Source: Myxococcota bacterium | GTDB taxonomy: Bacteria > Myxococcota > JACRCW01 | Direction of reading: 5' to 3' | NCBI GenBank assembly: GCA_040752415.1 | Contig: JBFMGU010000153.1 | Span: 1-25,922 of the forward strand | Length of the DNA: 25,922 nucleotides | Shown here: positions 15,782 to 25,650 of the stretch, in pieces | Layout of the letters: every line of letters begins with the position of its first letter | Position numbering within the stretch: the stretch's first letter is position 1 | The notes under the pieces: generated by a model | The model's input: the letters and a program-made list of their open reading frames with translations, nothing else | What the model was told of the DNA's origin: nothing | Databases searched by the model: none | Translations under genes and position numbers: made by a program

Positions 15782-18700
15782 TCAGTGCACCCGACGACGA
15801 GCGCGGGCCAGCGGGAGTACCCGCGCGGACGCGGTGGAGAGCGCGCGCTCCGGCGTGAGTGACGTCGTGGCGGGGTCCAGCTCCTGACCGTGACATTCCA
15901 CCAGCACGCTGGCGGCCGCGCGCAAGCCGCGCACCTCTCCCGGTGTCAGCGTGTTGAGACGACGGACATGGATGCCGCCGGGCTCCTCGAACAGCTGCGA
16001 TTGTCCGGCGCCAGTGGCCGTGTCGACGACTGCGTCGAAGAGGTCCGACCCGTCCGCGCCCACAAGCACCACCACGTTCACCGGCAACGCCCGCGCGCGC
16101 CAATACCGGTGTGCCCGCAAGACCGCGTCCAGCGTGCGCATCCCCGTCGAGCGCTCGAGGAGCGCGAGCAGGATCGGGTGCTGCGCATCCACGCCGTGCG
16201 CGGACAACAGCTCGGTGACGTCGGTGGTGGGAGTGGTGCCGAGCTCATTGCGCAGGAGGCGGTGGGCGAGCCGTTGGAGCCGGATGGCTTCCGCGCGGGA
16301 GACGCCCAGCTGCTGGAGCTCCATCGTGGTGGACGCTTTCACCAGCTGCATCGCGCGCTCCGTGCCCGACACCACGGCGTGACGGTCGGCCAGGGCCAGC
16401 ACCTGCTCCCGCGTGCGCGCCACAAGCGTGGTCAGCGTCACCGTCACGCTCCGTCCCGCGACCAGGGTAAGCGCGCTGCGCATGGCCAGGACGGGGTTCC
16501 CGGTAGCGCCTTCCCCGTCGTCGAGCGGACCACCGCGCTGGAGCGCGCGCTCCACCGAGGTTGCACCGCGCAACAGGCGGGTGCGGTCCGTCTCGCAGCT
16601 CACCGGGCCCGCGAGCGGCTCGTTGGCGGCGAGGACCTGCGCGCACCACACCGTCTCCTCACCCAGTCGACGACGGGCCAGCAGCGTGCGCTGCCGCGGG
16701 AGCCACTCCGTCACCACGGGCGCGAAGGCGGGCAATCCGTCGGACAGCTCCAGCTCGACGTAGGTGGTCAGCTCCAGCGTCCGGCAGCGTCGGGAGTGGT
16801 TGGTGAAGACCATGCGCCGAAGCTCCGCGTGGTCCTGTTCCATCACCGCCACGCTGGTGCGGCTCTCGACGCCACGGACGCAGCGCGTGTACTCCGCGCC
16901 TTCCGGCGAGAACGAAACGTGGTGCGCTTCGGGGCCCGGCGTGGTGGTGCACCAGGTGCGTCCAGCGTCGAGGTGGCGCACGTAACACCGGATGCCCGAC
17001 GCTTCGCCGGATACGGCCCGACGCGTGATGCGCACCTCACCGTGGCTCAGCTCCCCGTGGCCGTTCTGCGTGAGCAACGCGCGGAACGCCGGTCCGCCGA
17101 CGACGACCGCCGTGGGCTGGGTGGTGACACGTTCCACCGCCGCGGGCTCCTCGTTCGCCTGGAAGGACGGCGCGGGAATCGGCTCCACGACGGGACCGCG
17201 CGGCAGGTCCTCCCGCAACAGGCATTCCGCGGCGCGCACCCGTGGCTCGGCGTGGAAACGACGTTGCCAGATGTTCTCGAGCAGCGCGTTGCCCAACGCC
17301 ACCAGACCCGTCGCCACGTGCGCGGAATCATGGACCGCCACGGGCTCGGGCGGCGCGGCCGCGTCGGCGGGGTCATACTCCACGGCCTCGCGGAATCCGC
17401 GCGACGCCAACGCTCCCGCCGCCTCGAGCGACATGAGATTCCGCATGGCCCCCCGAGGATCGACGTTGAGAGCCGCCAGGCTCACGTGCGGGGCAACCAT
17501 CAGGCGAGCCGGGAGGTCCGCGGACACGGGCTCCCACGGGCGCACCCACGTTCCGTCGCGGCCCCGACACGCCGCGCGTCCCCACGGCATCCGGTGCACC
17601 GCGGCAGCAGCGGCCTCACGCGCCAACACCACCCGGCATGAGCGCTCCAGCAACGAGCCGGCGAACGGTTTCATGAGGAGGAACGGCTGGAGGTGATCCG
17701 CGGCGGGGTCGTCGTCGGCGAGGAGCGCGGCGCCTTCCAGGGTCACACTCTGCGCGCGGGACAGGGCGGTCCAGTGCTCCAGGGGAACATCGCCCTTCGC
17801 CACCGCCAGGAAGCTCGCCATCCGCGCCGTGGCGGCCAGTCGCTCGTGCCTGGCTTCCGTCATGCGTGACGCGCTGCGTTCCCATCCCGTGGCGAGGAGC
17901 TTGCGGTGCTCGTCGTAGAGGAGCTGGAAGTCCATGCGCAGCGCCAGGTGGCGGGCGTGACCGGCCAGGGTATGGAGGCGGTCGCGCAGGGAGCTGGCAA
18001 TGCCTTCCACGCGGCACGCGTCGCGCAACGACGAGATGGGCGCATCATCCCGCCAGCCCAACGCACGCAGCTCCTCCCGACGACGCTCCACCTGCTCGTG
18101 CGCCCAGTGCAGCCACCGGAACGCTTCATCCCGCAGCCTTCCCTCGAAGCCACTGGACAGCAGCGCCTGGTTCGCGACCCGGAGCTTCTCCGCCACGTCG
18201 TCGAGCGCGGCGAGTGGGTGTGCGGTGGCCTCTCCATCCGCCACGACGGTGCGCGCCGCGCTCACGAACCGCGACGCCTCGATCATCGCTCGTCTTTGCG
18301 CCAGCCCGGCCAGCCGGGGCGACAGCGCCAGACGACGCATGTCATCCACCGCGAGCGAGAGCGGGATCTCCAGTGCTTCCCACCATCTCTCGTCGACGAG
18401 CGGAGTGTCCGTCACCCCCACGCAAGCCTGGTGCAACGCCAGCAGCGCCGCCGCGAGCTGTCCGCTCTGCTCGGTGCTGATGCGCGGCGGGGCCACCACG
18501 CGGAGCGTGCGCAGGTCGTATTCCGCATGGAAGTGGCCGCGGTAGCGAGGGAGACGCGACATGGTGCCCAGCAGCTGCTCCAGCCGTTCCACCATCTCCA
18601 CGACGCCAATGAGCCCCAGGTCGCGCGCCGAGGCCACCGCCAGCAGTTGCATGGCCAGCGTCCGGGCGGACGTGGTGTTGCCCGCGCGCGGCGGGTCCTC

Positions 18701-21535
18701 CATCACGACATCTGGCACCAGACCATGGACATGGGCGCGGGACAGCTGGTCCAGGTGGTGCCAGTGCATCAGCGCGTAACGTCGAGCGCGATGGCGCTCC
18801 GCGCTGGAGAGCAGGTGCGGCGTCGTCGTGGGTTGTGACGTGGTGGCAGTGGTGCTGGAGGCGCCCAGCCACATCATGACGAACGGGGCGGCGGACAAAA
18901 GCAGCGCGAGGATGTCCGCGTTCTCCACGCCCAGGCTGGACCACAGCGCCGCCTGCATGAGCACAAGGCCCGCAACCAGGCTACCCCACGCGGTGCACCA
19001 CGCGCCGGAAGCCATCCACGTCGCTGGCGCGGTGAAAGCGGCGCTCAGCAGCGTCCCCAGTGCGCGTCGCGGCAGGTGCATCAGGTGACGCAGGAAACCA
19101 AGGGCCACGTCCTTGGGGCGGTTGACGTCGTGAGTGGCCGAGTGGGCGAGCCACGGAAGCGCGGAACCCAGCGTCACCACCAGCGACCAGGCCCAGCCGG
19201 GCGCGTCGAACACCGTCCAGCCGCAGAGGAGCAGGAGAAGCCAGGAGAGGTCCGCGGTTGCCAACAGCCATGGCCGGAGCAGACCGCGGAAACGCTGCGG
19301 CGTGGTGTCCTCCCCGTCGATGGACAGCTTGTCGAAGGTGTCGACGCGCAACAGTCGCCCCGCCTCGGTGGCGTTGGCGGCACGGAGTTGGGGGAGCAGG
19401 TGCCGGAAGGCCGCAATGTCGTAGATGCCAACGTGCTCAAGCGCCGAGTGACCGCGCAGGTTCCGGAGCAACTCCGCGGACCGGTGCAGGTCACCGTTCG
19501 TCACGTCGTCGTCGTCGGGTCTGCGCACGCGACGCGGCTGCAGCACGCCATGACCCCTCACGACCCGACCGGTGGCGTCGAGGATTGGCCGGTTGAGTGG
19601 GTGGGCCATGGCGCCGATGAGCAGCTTCAGGCCTTCCGGCGGCACCCGGGCGGTCTCGTCCAGCATGACCGCGTAGCGGGCCTGCCGGAGCGGTGCAGTG
19701 TTTCCGAACACCGTGGAGAAGGCGCCCGCGTCGACACCGTGCAGCGCGACGTCGAGCGTGGGCCCGGGCTCCGTGCCTTGGTCGCCGCGCCAGACACCGT
19801 GGAGCTCGTCCCACCGACGAGACCGGTGCAGCAGCAGGAAGGCGCTCCCGCCGTGCCGCGTGTTCCGCTCCTCGACGGCGCGGGTGGCGGCCAGCAGGAT
19901 GTCGCCGTCGCCTGGGAGGGCCTGGGTCTGCGCGTCGGGGAAGCCGCTGAGGATGACCACCTGGAGGCGTGCGTCGCGGTTGGCGATGAAGAGGTCCTCC
20001 GCCTGGGTGGCGGCGCGTCGCACGTCGTCAACCGAGGTGAATCGCGCGGGCAGCACCACCACGGTCCGACACGACTCCGGGAGCGCCGTGCCGCGGAAGT
20101 CGACGACGGGCACGCTGCGGCGCGACAGCACGCGCAGCGCCATCCGGTCGACCAGCCGGAACGCCAGCGTGACCACCGGCGTGGCCGCGAGGAGCAGCGC
20201 CAACGCGGTGCGCCCGACGTCACCCGGGTCGAGCGCGAGGAACATCCCAGCGCCGAGCATGCCACCCACGACGGCCGTTCCGCCGAGATGGGCGAGGTGG
20301 GGACGTCGCTGCGCGGCGCGCGCCACCCGCAGGGCGAACGCCGGCCGGCATCCCACGTGCGCCTCCAGCTCCGTCCGGCCCTCGTCCACGAGGTAGTAGC
20401 CCACGTGGCCACGACGAGGATCCCCGTCCGCCCTCCACGCCCGTTGCGCCAGTTCCACGGCCGCCTGCGCCACCTGCTCCTGCGCGCAGGGTGCATCGCG
20501 GGAAATCTCGGCCACCGCGGCGCGGTACTGCTCCCGCGTCTCCGACGTGAGATGTGCAAGGAGCTGCGTGGGATCACGACGGAGCCAGCGGTCCGTGACG
20601 TGGTGCTGCTCAAGGAACGCGTCCCAGTCCGTGGTGGCCAGGCGGTCCAGGCTGCTGAGGACGTTGCCCAGCGCCAGCGCGTGCACGCCGGGGGCTTCGC
20701 GACACTTCGTGGCCATCGCGTCGACGTCGACGCCACTTTCCTGCAGCCACTTGTCGACGAAGAACGCCACCGTCCTTCCCTCCGGCTGCTCGCGCAGGCG
20801 GGCGCGCAGCGTGGTGACGAAGGCGGGTGTTAGCGGTGGCGGGTCGCTGGTGAGCTCGGTGAGGTCGCGGGGATTGGCGCGGCCCCGGTCCCCCAGCCGC
20901 GTGGCCCACGCGTGCGCCAGCAACGCCTGCTCCACGTGACGACGCAGCTGACCCGCCGTGCGCACCGCGTGGTGCAACAGCCCCAGTCGCAGCGTGGTGG
21001 GGAGCGCGCGCAGCTCCGCGTGGGTCAGCGTGCAGTGCCGCTGGTATTCGCTGACAAACAGCGTGATCACGTCGTCACGCAGGTCTGCCTCGGTGTGCGC
21101 CACCAGCTTGCGGGAGAGCTCCCAGATCCGTGGACGACCCTCTGCCAGCGGCAGGGAACGTCGCTGCAGCGCCCGCAGGTCCGGGCCCAGACGCTCCAGG
21201 TGCTGCAGGAGAACCGGGGCGTTGCGCAACAGCAGCTGCGCCGCGGGTGGCACCTCCATCCCGGACGACACAACGCGCTCCAGCATGGCCAGCGTCTGGC
21301 TCAACAGGTCGTGCGCCTCCGCGCGGTGGCGGGGAAGGAACGCGCGACGCCACCAGCCCGCGGGCGCGGTGGAGAGGTGGTGGTACGCCAGCGCACGGGC
21401 GCAGCGCGCCAGCTGTTCGGGACCCAGCAGTCCCTCGTCGTCGTCGCGGGAGGGCGGGTAGAGCCAGGCCCGCGCGCGCTGCAGCAGCTGCACCAGGGTG
21501 CTGGGGCGCTTGAACGACGGAAGGACGGAGACCAC
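15782..21535 (-). CDS. ndvB-like: Divergent, C-terminally truncated cyclic beta-1,2-glucan synthase (NdvB/Cgs) homologue, probably catalytically inactive
   Basis: Recognisable scaffold: LTHAELRALPTTLRLGL, LRRDP, RRGHVGYYLVDEGR, AMAHPLNRP, GVLQPR, GIYDIAAF, TM helices, LPRYRGHF, MDFQLLYD, FLAVAKGDVP, WQRRFHAEPRV, LELTTYVEL. GGAG RBS before GTG 21535. Confidence 0.88.
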   Translation of the reverse strand: MVSVLPSFKRPSTLVQLLQRARAWLYPPSRDDDEGLLGPEQLARCARALAYHHLSTAPAGWWRRAFLPRHRAEAHDLLSQTLAMLERVVSSGMEVPPAAQLLLRNAPVLLQHLERLGPDLRALQRRSLPLAEGRPRIWELSRKLVAHTEADLRDDVITLFVSEYQRHCTLTHAELRALPTTLRLGLLHHAVRTAGQLRRHVEQALLAHAWATRLGDRGRANPRDLTELTSDPPPLTPAFVTTLRARLREQPEGRTVAFFVDKWLQESGVDVDAMATKCREAPGVHALALGNVLSSLDRLATTDWDAFLEQHHVTDRWLRRDPTQLLAHLTSETREQYRAAVAEISRDAPCAQEQVAQAAVELAQRAWRADGDPRRGHVGYYLVDEGRTELEAHVGCRPAFALRVARAAQRRPHLAHLGGTAVVGGMLGAGMFLALDPGDVGRTALALLLAATPVVTLAFRLVDRMALRVLSRRSVPVVDFRGTALPESCRTVVVLPARFTSVDDVRRAATQAEDLFIANRDARLQVVILSGFPDAQTQALPGDGDILLAATRAVEERNTRHGGSAFLLLHRSRRWDELHGVWRGDQGTEPGPTLDVALHGVDAGAFSTVFGNTAPLRQARYAVMLDETARVPPEGLKLLIGAMAHPLNRPILDATGRVVRGHGVLQPRRVRRPDDDDVTNGDLHRSAELLRNLRGHSALEHVGIYDIAAFRHLLPQLRAANATEAGRLLRVDTFDKLSIDGEDTTPQRFRGLLRPWLLATADLSWLLLLLCGWTVFDAPGWAWSLVVTLGSALPWLAHSATHDVNRPKDVALGFLRHLMHLPRRALGTLLSAAFTAPATWMASGAWCTAWGSLVAGLVLMQAALWSSLGVENADILALLLSAAPFVMMWLGASSTTATTSQPTTTPHLLSSAERHRARRYALMHWHHLDQLSRAHVHGLVPDVVMEDPPRAGNTTSARTLAMQLLAVASARDLGLIGVVEMVERLEQLLGTMSRLPRYRGHFHAEYDLRTLRVVAPPRISTEQSGQLAAALLALHQACVGVTDTPLVDERWWEALEIPLSLAVDDMRRLALSPRLAGLAQRRAMIEASRFVSAARTVVADGEATAHPLAALDDVAEKLRVANQALLSSGFEGRLRDEAFRWLHWAHEQVERRREELRALGWRDDAPISSLRDACRVEGIASSLRDRLHTLAGHARHLALRMDFQLLYDEHRKLLATGWERSASRMTEARHERLAATARMASFLAVAKGDVPLEHWTALSRAQSVTLEGAALLADDDPAADHLQPFLLMKPFAGSLLERSCRVVLAREAAAAAVHRMPWGRAACRGRDGTWVRPWEPVSADLPARLMVAPHVSLAALNVDPRGAMRNLMSLEAAGALASRGFREAVEYDPADAAAPPEPVAVHDSAHVATGLVALGNALLENIWQRRFHAEPRVRAAECLLREDLPRGPVVEPIPAPSFQANEEPAAVERVTTQPTAVVVGGPAFRALLTQNGHGELSHGEVRITRRAVSGEASGIRCYVRHLDAGRTWCTTTPGPEAHHVSFSPEGAEYTRCVRGVESRTSVAVMEQDHAELRRMVFTNHSRRCRTLELTTYVELELSDGLPAFAPVVTEWLPRQRTLLARRRLGEETVWCAQVLAANEPLAGPVSCETDRTRLLRGATSVERALQRGGPLDDGEGATGNPVLAMRSALTLVAGRSVTVTLTTLVARTREQVLALADRHAVVSGTERAMQLVKASTTMELQQLGVSRAEAIRLQRLAHRLLRNELGTTPTTDVTELLSAHGVDAQHPILLALLERSTGMRTLDAVLRAHRYWRARALPVNVVVLVGADGSDLFDAVVDTATGAGQSQLFEEPGGIHVRRLNTLTPGEVRGLRAAASVLVECHGQELDPATTSLTPERALSTASARVLPLARARRRVH

Positions 21536-21541
21536 GGGCGG

Positions 21542-21622
21542 TTACTCCATCTCCACGGTCACGACGCGCGCTGGCCACGGGCGCACCGCGCCATCCACAC
21601 GGGCGGGAAGAGGTCTGGGCAT
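21542..21622 (-). CDS. Possible 26-aa leader ORF (MPRPLPARVDGAVRPWPARVVTVEME)
   Basis: GGAG 6 nt before the ATG; its TAA ends 6 nt before the ndvB-like start. Too short for the ORF track. Confidence 0.3.
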   Translation of the reverse strand: MPRPLPARVDGAVRPWPARVVTVEME

Positions 21623-21694
21623 GGGTGACTCCGCGCGGGCGGCAGGGCGAGGGGTGAAGGAAGACCCTGCGCAACACCACGCGTCTGCGCGTTG

Positions 21695-21916
21695 TCAGAT
21701 CCACCACACCTCACAACTTGATTGCCGCAGCTCCTGCAGGTGCTGGTGGGCCCACGCGTCCTGCTCCTCCGTCTCGTCGGGAACGCGCGCGGCCCGCTGC
21801 TCCCTCGACGTGGCGCCCTGCCCGTGGAGCAGCTCCGCCTTCAGCCTCTGGATGTCTTCCTCCAGCTTGCGGATCTGCGCTGCAATGCTGGCCTGCTGCT
21901 TGGAGTGGCGTGCCAT
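21695..21916 (-). CDS. Small coiled-coil hypothetical protein (73 aa)
   Basis: GGAGG RBS before ATG 21916; heptads IAAQIRKLEEDIQRLKAELL; C-terminus CEVWWI. Confidence 0.65.
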   Translation of the reverse strand: MARHSKQQASIAAQIRKLEEDIQRLKAELLHGQGATSREQRAARVPDETEEQDAWAHQHLQELRQSSCEVWWI

Positions 21917-22278
21917 GGGCTGCCTCCGTGTCCTCCACGCGCACCCGTCGGCGTGTTGGGATGCAACCGGCTGCTTGGCGCGGACGGAGGCCGTGCGGGG
22001 ATGCGTGGCACCTCCGCCTCTGGGCGCGTCCTCCGACGAGAAAACGCGGTTGCGACGTTGTCGGCGTGCTGTCAACGGTTGTGATAACTGGCACCATCCG
22101 GGCTCGCAACAATGCGGTCCCGCGGCGATCCCCCGACGAGGAATGGCCTGGATTCCACTCCGGATTCCCGCAAGCCGCCACGTGGTGGCAACGTGAGCAG
22201 CGTGGCTGTGATTGCTCGCGCCGTGCGCGTGTGACCGGGCGATAGCCACCGCGTGATGGGATGCACTAAGACGGAGCC

Positions 22279-25200
22279 ATGGTGTCCGCGTTCCGCTCCA
22301 GCTCGGGCCTGGCGCGCCTGCAGCACGTGGCGCGGGTGCTGCGCGGTCTGCCCCCCGACCAGGAGGTTCTCGTCGTCGGGGCCACGCGGGAAGCGGTCAA
22401 CGACTTCATCCGCATCCTGCCCGCCGGGAAGGGCGCAACGTTTGGTCTCCACCGCTTCACGCTGCTGCAGCTGGCCGCGCACCTCTCCGCCACCGAGCTG
22501 GCGCGACAGGGGCTGACCGCCGCATCGGCGTTGGGATCGGAGGCGGTGGCGGCGCGTGCCACGTTTGAGGCGTGGCAAGCGGGACGACTGTCCTACTTCG
22601 GGCCCGTGGCGACGTTCCCGGGGTTTGCGCGGGCCCTGGCGCGGACGCTGGATGAGCTGCGCGCCGGCGGCGTCACGTCGCGGGTGCTGCGCGGGCTGGG
22701 CCCCTCCGGCGCGGACCTGGCGGAGCTGCTGGTGGGTTATGAGGCGCAGCTCACCGACGCGCGCGTGGCGGACCGGGCGGCGTTGTTGAAGTCGGCGGCG
22801 GGTGTGGTGCGTGCGGGCGGCGCGGCGTGGTTGCACGGATTGCCCCTGGTCCTCGTCGACGTGCCGGTGCGCAGGGGCGCGGAGCAGGACTTCCTGGCGG
22901 CGCTGGTGGAGCGCGCGGGAGAGGTGAGCTGCACGCTGCCGCAGGGCGACGAGGAGACGCGCAAGGCGCTGGGAACCATGGCGCGGGCGCGCGTTGTGGA
23001 CGAGACCACCACGCTGCAGCCCAACTCCCTCACGCGGCTGCAGCAACACCTGTTCTCCGAGGAGACGCCGCCGGAAGCGGACGCGGATGAGACGGTGCGG
23101 TTCTTCTCCGCGCCCGGGGAGAGCCGTGAGTGCGTGGAGATTGCGCGGGCCATCCTGGGCGAGGCGCGCGCCGGTGTGCATTTTGACGACGTGGCGATCC
23201 TGCTGCGCGACCCGCAGGCGTACACCGGTCTGCTCGAGAATGCGTTGCGGCGCGCGTCCATCCCCGCGTACTTCGCACCGGGCACCAGTCGGCCGGACCC
23301 GTCGGGGCGGGCGTTCCTGGCGGTGCTGGCGTGTGCGGCGGAGGGACTGAGCGCGCGGCGTTTCGCGGAGTACCTCTCGTTGGGCCAGGTGCCCGCGCTC
23401 AAGGAGGACGGCGCCCCGCCCCCGCCTCCACCCACGACGGAGAACCCCGGTCCGCAGGATGAACGGCTGGGTCCCGCGGCGGTGGCGGCGCGCAAGACGC
23501 GTGCGTCGCGCAAGAAGGTGGACCCCGCGCAGCTGGCGCTGTTTGATCTCACCACCACCGCGCCCGTTGCGGCCACGCCGCCGCCGTCGACGTCGCCAGA
23601 TGCCCCGGTGTTGGAAGGGACGTTGCGCGCGCCGTGGCGGTGGGAGGAGCTGCTCGTCGAGGCGGCGGTGATGGGTGGGCGGGAGCGCTGGCGGCGGCGC
23701 CTGGACGGTCTGGAAGCGGAGCTGCGCGTCCGGCTGCGTGAGCTGCAGAAGGAGGACGGGGAGTCGCCGCGGATCACGCGCCTGCAACGCGACCTGGCGG
23801 ACCTGGGGCACCTGCGTCGCTTTGCGTTGCCGTTGATGGATGAGCTCTCCGCGCTGCCCCGTGGGCTCCACGGCGGCGTCAGCACCGGGACGTGGGGGGA
23901 GTGGATTGCGGCGCTGCAACGCCTCGCGCCCATGGTGCTGCGCAAGCCCGACCGCGTGCTGGCCACGTTGGCCGACCTGCAGCCGATGAGCGCCATTGGT
24001 CCCGTCACGCTCACCGAGGTGCTGGCCGTCCTCACCGAGCAGCTCTCCCTCCTGGAGCATGAGCCGCCGGAGCGACGTTTTGGCCGCGTGTTCGTGGGGA
24101 CGCCGGAGCAGGCGCGCGGGCGCACGTTCCAGGTGGTGTTCATCCCCGGGCTGTGTGAGCGCGTGTTTCCCCGCAAGCCGCACGAGGACCCGCTGCTCCT
24201 CGACCAGGCGCGCACCGAGCTCAACCAGCTTGTGGCCAGCGCGTTGCTGCAGACGCAAGAAACGCGGGTCGACCTGGAACGCTTGCTGCTCCGCCTGGCG
24301 ACGGGTGCGGCGTCCCGTCGGGTGTACCTGTCCTATTCACGCATCCAGATGCCGGAGGCGCGGGCGCGCGTGCCCTCGTTCTACGCGCTGGATGTGCAGC
24401 GTGCGGTGACCGGTCGCATTCCCAGTCACGAGGAGCTGGAGCGGGAGGCCGCGCGTGAGTCCGGGGCCCGCCTGGCGTGGCCCGCGCCCACCTCGCCCGA
24501 CGTCGCCATCGACGAGGCGGAGCACGACCTGGCCACGTTGTATCCGCTGCTGCACTCGCGGACCGCCAACGTCAATGGACGCGCGCGCTACCTGTTGCAG
24601 CTCAATCCGCATCTCGCGCGGTCGCTGCGCAGCCAGTGGGCGCGGTGGCAGGACCGCTGGTCGCCCCACGACGGGCTCATTGGCCACACGCCCGCCACGC
24701 TGGCCGCGCTGACGCCGCACCGGCTCACGCAGCGTCCCTACTCGGTGAGTGCGCTGCAGAAGTACGCGTCGTGTCCCTACCAGTTCCTGCTCTCCGCCAT
24801 TCACGGGCTGGAGCCGCGCAAGGATGCCGTTCCGCTCGAGCAGATGGACCCGCTCACGCGCGGCAGCATGTTCCACCGCGTGCAGGCCGAGACGCTGCGT
24901 GAGCTGGAGCGCCTGGGGGAGCTGCCGCTGAAGCCGTCCTCGTTGAGCCTGGCGTTGGCGAAGCTGGATGGCATCCTGGAGGTGGTCTCCCGCAAGTACG
25001 GCGACGACCTGGCCCCGGCGATCATGCGCGTGTGGAACGACGGCGTGGAGGCCATGCGCACCGACCTGCGCACCTGGCTGTGGCGCCTGGCGCAGGACGA
25101 CAGTGGCTGGGTGCCCATCCGCTTCGAGCTGGGCATTGGCGTCCCACGCGGCGAGGAGCAGGACCCGCGCAGCATTGCCACGCCGGCCACGCTCCCCGGT

Positions 25201-25650
25201 GGGCTGCTGGTGCGCGGCATCGTCGACCTCGTCGAGGAACGCGCCGGGAAGCTGCGGGTCACGGACTACAAGACGGGCGCCAACCGGACCAATCCCGGGC
25301 TTGTCGTCGGGGAGGGGCTGGTGCTGCAGCCGGTCATCTACGGGATGGCCATGGAGGCGGTGACCGGGCAGGAGGTCAGTGAATCACGCCTGTATTTCTG
25401 CACCACGACGGGCGCGTTCTCCGAGCGGGCGGTGCCCATGGGACCGCTGCAGCGCATGCAGGGCCTGGAGGTGCTGCAGGCCGTCGACGAGGCGATTGCC
25501 GCCGGGTCCCTGCCGCCCGCCCCGCGTGAACGCGGCTGCCAGTGGTGCGACTTCCGTGAAGTGTGTGGCCCGCACGAGGAGCAGCGCATTGCGCGCAAGC
25601 GGGAACGGGGGCGGTTGGAGAAGCTGGAGTACGTGCGCAGCCTGCCGTGA
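22279..25650 (+). CDS. addB: AddB-like helicase-nuclease subunit (inactive UvrD-like scaffold plus C-terminal PD-(D/E)XK nuclease with Fe-S cysteines)
   Basis: DVAILLRD, VVFIPGLCERVFP, SVSALQKYASCPYQF, RGSMFH, RGIVDLVE, VTDYKTG, LQPVIY, CQWCDFREVC; no Walker A; GGAG RBS. Confidence 0.88.
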   Translation: MVSAFRSSSGLARLQHVARVLRGLPPDQEVLVVGATREAVNDFIRILPAGKGATFGLHRFTLLQLAAHLSATELARQGLTAASALGSEAVAARATFEAWQAGRLSYFGPVATFPGFARALARTLDELRAGGVTSRVLRGLGPSGADLAELLVGYEAQLTDARVADRAALLKSAAGVVRAGGAAWLHGLPLVLVDVPVRRGAEQDFLAALVERAGEVSCTLPQGDEETRKALGTMARARVVDETTTLQPNSLTRLQQHLFSEETPPEADADETVRFFSAPGESRECVEIARAILGEARAGVHFDDVAILLRDPQAYTGLLENALRRASIPAYFAPGTSRPDPSGRAFLAVLACAAEGLSARRFAEYLSLGQVPALKEDGAPPPPPPTTENPGPQDERLGPAAVAARKTRASRKKVDPAQLALFDLTTTAPVAATPPPSTSPDAPVLEGTLRAPWRWEELLVEAAVMGGRERWRRRLDGLEAELRVRLRELQKEDGESPRITRLQRDLADLGHLRRFALPLMDELSALPRGLHGGVSTGTWGEWIAALQRLAPMVLRKPDRVLATLADLQPMSAIGPVTLTEVLAVLTEQLSLLEHEPPERRFGRVFVGTPEQARGRTFQVVFIPGLCERVFPRKPHEDPLLLDQARTELNQLVASALLQTQETRVDLERLLLRLATGAASRRVYLSYSRIQMPEARARVPSFYALDVQRAVTGRIPSHEELEREAARESGARLAWPAPTSPDVAIDEAEHDLATLYPLLHSRTANVNGRARYLLQLNPHLARSLRSQWARWQDRWSPHDGLIGHTPATLAALTPHRLTQRPYSVSALQKYASCPYQFLLSAIHGLEPRKDAVPLEQMDPLTRGSMFHRVQAETLRELERLGELPLKPSSLSLALAKLDGILEVVSRKYGDDLAPAIMRVWNDGVEAMRTDLRTWLWRLAQDDSGWVPIRFELGIGVPRGEEQDPRSIATPATLPGGLLVRGIVDLVEERAGKLRVTDYKTGANRTNPGLVVGEGLVLQPVIYGMAMEAVTGQEVSESRLYFCTTTGAFSERAVPMGPLQRMQGLEVLQAVDEAIAAGSLPPAPRERGCQWCDFREVCGPHEEQRIARKRERGRLEKLEYVRSLP

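Noticed and set aside
21917..22278. Sigma-54 promoter or SOS box upstream of addB (TGGCAC at about 22090)
   Set aside because: No GG-N10-GC spacing, and no LexA-type site that I could support.
15890..24258. Long antisense ORFs (583, 585 and 728 aa) within the ndvB-like and addB genes
   Set aside because: GC-rich shadow frames opposite well-supported genes.
24730..25570. Cas4-like Fe-S nuclease suggesting CRISPR
   Set aside because: It is fused to a long AddB scaffold; no cas genes or repeat-spacer array are in the window.
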